Part shown: positions 61,450-64,000 of the stretch, in pieces
Layout: every line of letters begins with the position of its first letter
Position numbering within the stretch: position 1 is the first letter of the stretch
From: Eledone cirrhosa
Lineage: Eukaryota
Length of the DNA: 64,000 bases
Direction of reading: 5' to 3'
Assembly: GCA_964016885.1 (NCBI GenBank)
Contig: OZ024743.1
Span: 192,200,001 to 192,264,000, forward strand
Translations under genes and position numbers: made by a program
Notes under the pieces: model-generated
What the model was told of the DNA's origin: nothing
Seen by the model: only the letters and a program-made list of their open reading frames with translations
Databases searched by the model: none

Positions 61450-62759
61450 CTGCAAGAGAAAAGAAACAGAAAACAATGTTACACCAAATTTATAACATCT
61501 GTATATTGCTTATGGATAATGAGCATTGAATGAAGAAGAGCCAAGAAATCACAGTGGAAGGTAGCTACAGTAGAGGGAAACCAAGAAAGACATGAGTAGA
61601 GTTGGTAAGAGCTGATCCCAGGTTGCTGAAGCTCACAGAAGAGATGACGAAGGAACACAATGAATGGAGGGATGCAAGCATGAAAAAGCAGATGTAAAAT
61701 GATTATGATGATGTTATTTTTTAAAAACTAGCCACAGATGAAATAATAATAATGAAATTATAATGTATAGTGCTCAGGTGCACTACAACTCATCAAAGGT
61801 GCATGTATAGCACATAGAATAATGTTGAAATCAAATTTCTTACATTGTAGAAGTTACAAATATTTTCAGTTAGTTTAGCATATGTATGAACCCATAACTC
61901 CTTGAGGATTTGTAAGGGCACCATAGTGGCATACAGCCTTTCTTGGGCATTTTAAATCTGACAAAACCCCTCCCTCTCCAGGTCTGAACACAGCTGATTT
62001 CTTCTAGAAAAGGAGCGAGATAGTGATAAAGAGGAAGTGAGAAAGAAATATAGATGAAGAATTAATGCCAGTACTAGACTGGTACATTTTTATCAACCCC
62101 AAAATGATAAAAGACCAAGTTGACCTCAGTGGGATTTAAGCACAGAGAACCAGAATGAATACTACATTCTAATAACTAACAATTTGCCATCTAGAAGCAT
62201 ATTTATTGTATTCTAGATTTTACGGGCAAAACCAACAAGCAGGAGGCCCAGAAGTAAACCCTGAGCAAGATGATTGGATAACATCCATGAGCTTGGCTGA
62301 TCTCACCTGGGGATCCAGCAAGAACAATTTGAGACAGTTGCTTCTGAAAGGACCTGCTGGAAGGTGTGTTTGAGTACACTGCTCCTACAACCCTCCCAGG
62401 AATAATTGGCCGAAGAAGTATTCTAAATAATTTTTGTTTATTTTCTATTACATGATTAATATATATGCATATGCAGTAAATGATAGGCAAGAAAAAAATG
62501 CACTTGTTTCTATCTTTAGAACAGTTTTAGTGTGTTACTTGGATATCTTTGGGAAACCACGATATATATGACAGATGTCTGAGGAATTAAACATACTCCT
62601 AATATTGGATTATCTCTTTTTTCAATTACTCATGCCTTCAGTATACTCAACCAAATTAATTCATTAGTTACCTGCTTACATATTATTATAGATTTATTTA
62701 ACTATTTCAAATACAACAAACTGATGATGAAAATTTGCAAATTTAACAATATAGTTAGC

Positions 62760-64000
62760 AGATCAGACAGAGTTTATCAGAACTCAGTTCCCAGCCCCTT
62801 CCTGCTTATTATAGTCCGCCAGGCCATAACAAAGGGGTTTAAGGCAGCTTATCCATGGGAACTCCTGTATACTGATGATCTATCCCTTATAGCAGAATCT
62901 GTAGAAGAATTAGCAAATTCCTGATATGGAAGCAAAATCTGGAATCAAAAGGCCTCACAGCAAATGTAGCAAAGAATAAAGACTTAATAAATAGGAAAGA
63001 AGACAGTGTCATGTTAACATCAGAGAAAAAATTGTGAGTAATAAGTAAAAAAGGAGTAGGTAACAACTCCATATGGTATTCCAAATGTATAAAATAGATG
63101 CACAAGAAGTGTAGTGGTATAACAAGGAGGCTGACATAGAAAGGAGTATATGATATGCTTAAAGAGTCGTCAACAGTGAGAGAAAATGTGAGAAAAAACT
63201 CCAACAAAGACTCAGGCTCACTAGAAGTAGGTGATAGCCTTTAATACACAGTGGAGGATGGTGCACAAAAAGCATAATAGCCAAAGTGAGAACAGAGTTG
63301 AAAAAGTTCAGTGAATTGTTACCGCTACCACTTAGAAAACAGAACTCAGATCCCCTCAGGGAAATGGCCTTGCTCAGTATGTAGGAAAGGTGTAGGTAGG
63401 AACTCCATTCTCTGCCCCAAATGCAAACAATGGGTACACAAGAGATGTAGCGGGATCTCAGGAAGCTTAATTAAGAATGTAGGCTTCACATGCAGCAGCT
63501 GTGCTGGGACAGCAAACAGCCACAGGAAACAAGTACCACCAATCTCTGGGAGGGCTCTGTAGAAACAGTAGACAGCTTCTGCTACCTAGGTGACCGAATT
63601 AGCAGCAGAGGTGGGTGTTCAGAAAGTACAATAACTAGGGTAAGAATGGGATGGAAGAAGTTTAGGGAACTACTACCACTGCTAGCTGCAAAAGGCTTCT
63701 CCCTCAGAATGAAAGGCAGACTGTATGATGCGTGTATCCGAACAGCAATGCTATATGGTAGTGAGCCCTGGGCACTGTGTGTAGAAGACTTGCATAGATT
63801 AGAAAGAAACGAAGCTTGCTTACTCTGATGGATGTGTAATAGTAATATACGTGAACGGCAAAGCATAAATGAATTGAGAGAGAGACTGAGCATAAGAGGA
63901 ATCAAATGCTGTGTTGCAGGAGAGGCGGTTGCGCTGGTATGGACATGTGATGCGTATGAAGGATGACAGCTGCATAAAAAGGTGCAGAGTACTAGAAGTT
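62760..64000 (+). mobile_element. Two adjacent RTE fragments (old 62760-63330; younger 63335 to window end)
   Basis: PWELLYTDDL; PSGKWPCSVCRKGVGRNS; VRMGWKKFRELLPLL; RRLRWYGHVMR, with stops and frameshifts. Confidence 0.85.

Noticed and set aside
61450-64000. IFT122 first coding exon or promoter
   Set aside because: No ATG exon resembling the IFT122 N-terminus was found; the region is mostly TE fragments, so it probably lies beyond the window.

Overview
AT-rich, repeat-dense animal genomic DNA. The repeat repertoire (RTE LINEs with (GAT)n tails, tRNA-derived SINEs, Penelope remnants, (TA)n/(CA)n tracts) resembles an octopod/coleoid cephalopod; this is inference, not shown. The only host gene found is IFT122 on the minus strand: three phase-compatible WD40-coding exons (61219-61449, 55878-55954, 38457-38590). 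Its start exon and the exon after 38457 were not found, so almost the whole window is probably intron. The rest is layered mobile DNA: a full-length RTE LINE broken only by homopolymer indels, a second 5'-truncated copy, a Tx1-like LINE in a (TATC)n tract, a decayed Penelope-like element, an internally deleted Chapaev3-like transposon, a non-autonomous Helitron, piggyBac/hAT/Tc1-mariner MITEs, many SINEs (some in head-to-tail arrays) and a 40-bp minisatellite. The most notable unannotated structure is a set of short, mostly (TA)n-embedded modules carrying hammerhead-ribozyme motifs, best seen in a 252-bp fold-back at 41248-41499 holding two inverted hammerheads. There is also an HDV-like ribozyme candidate and a tandem ERSE-II motif in the RTE 5' UTR. 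Most boundaries of degenerate repeats are approximate.
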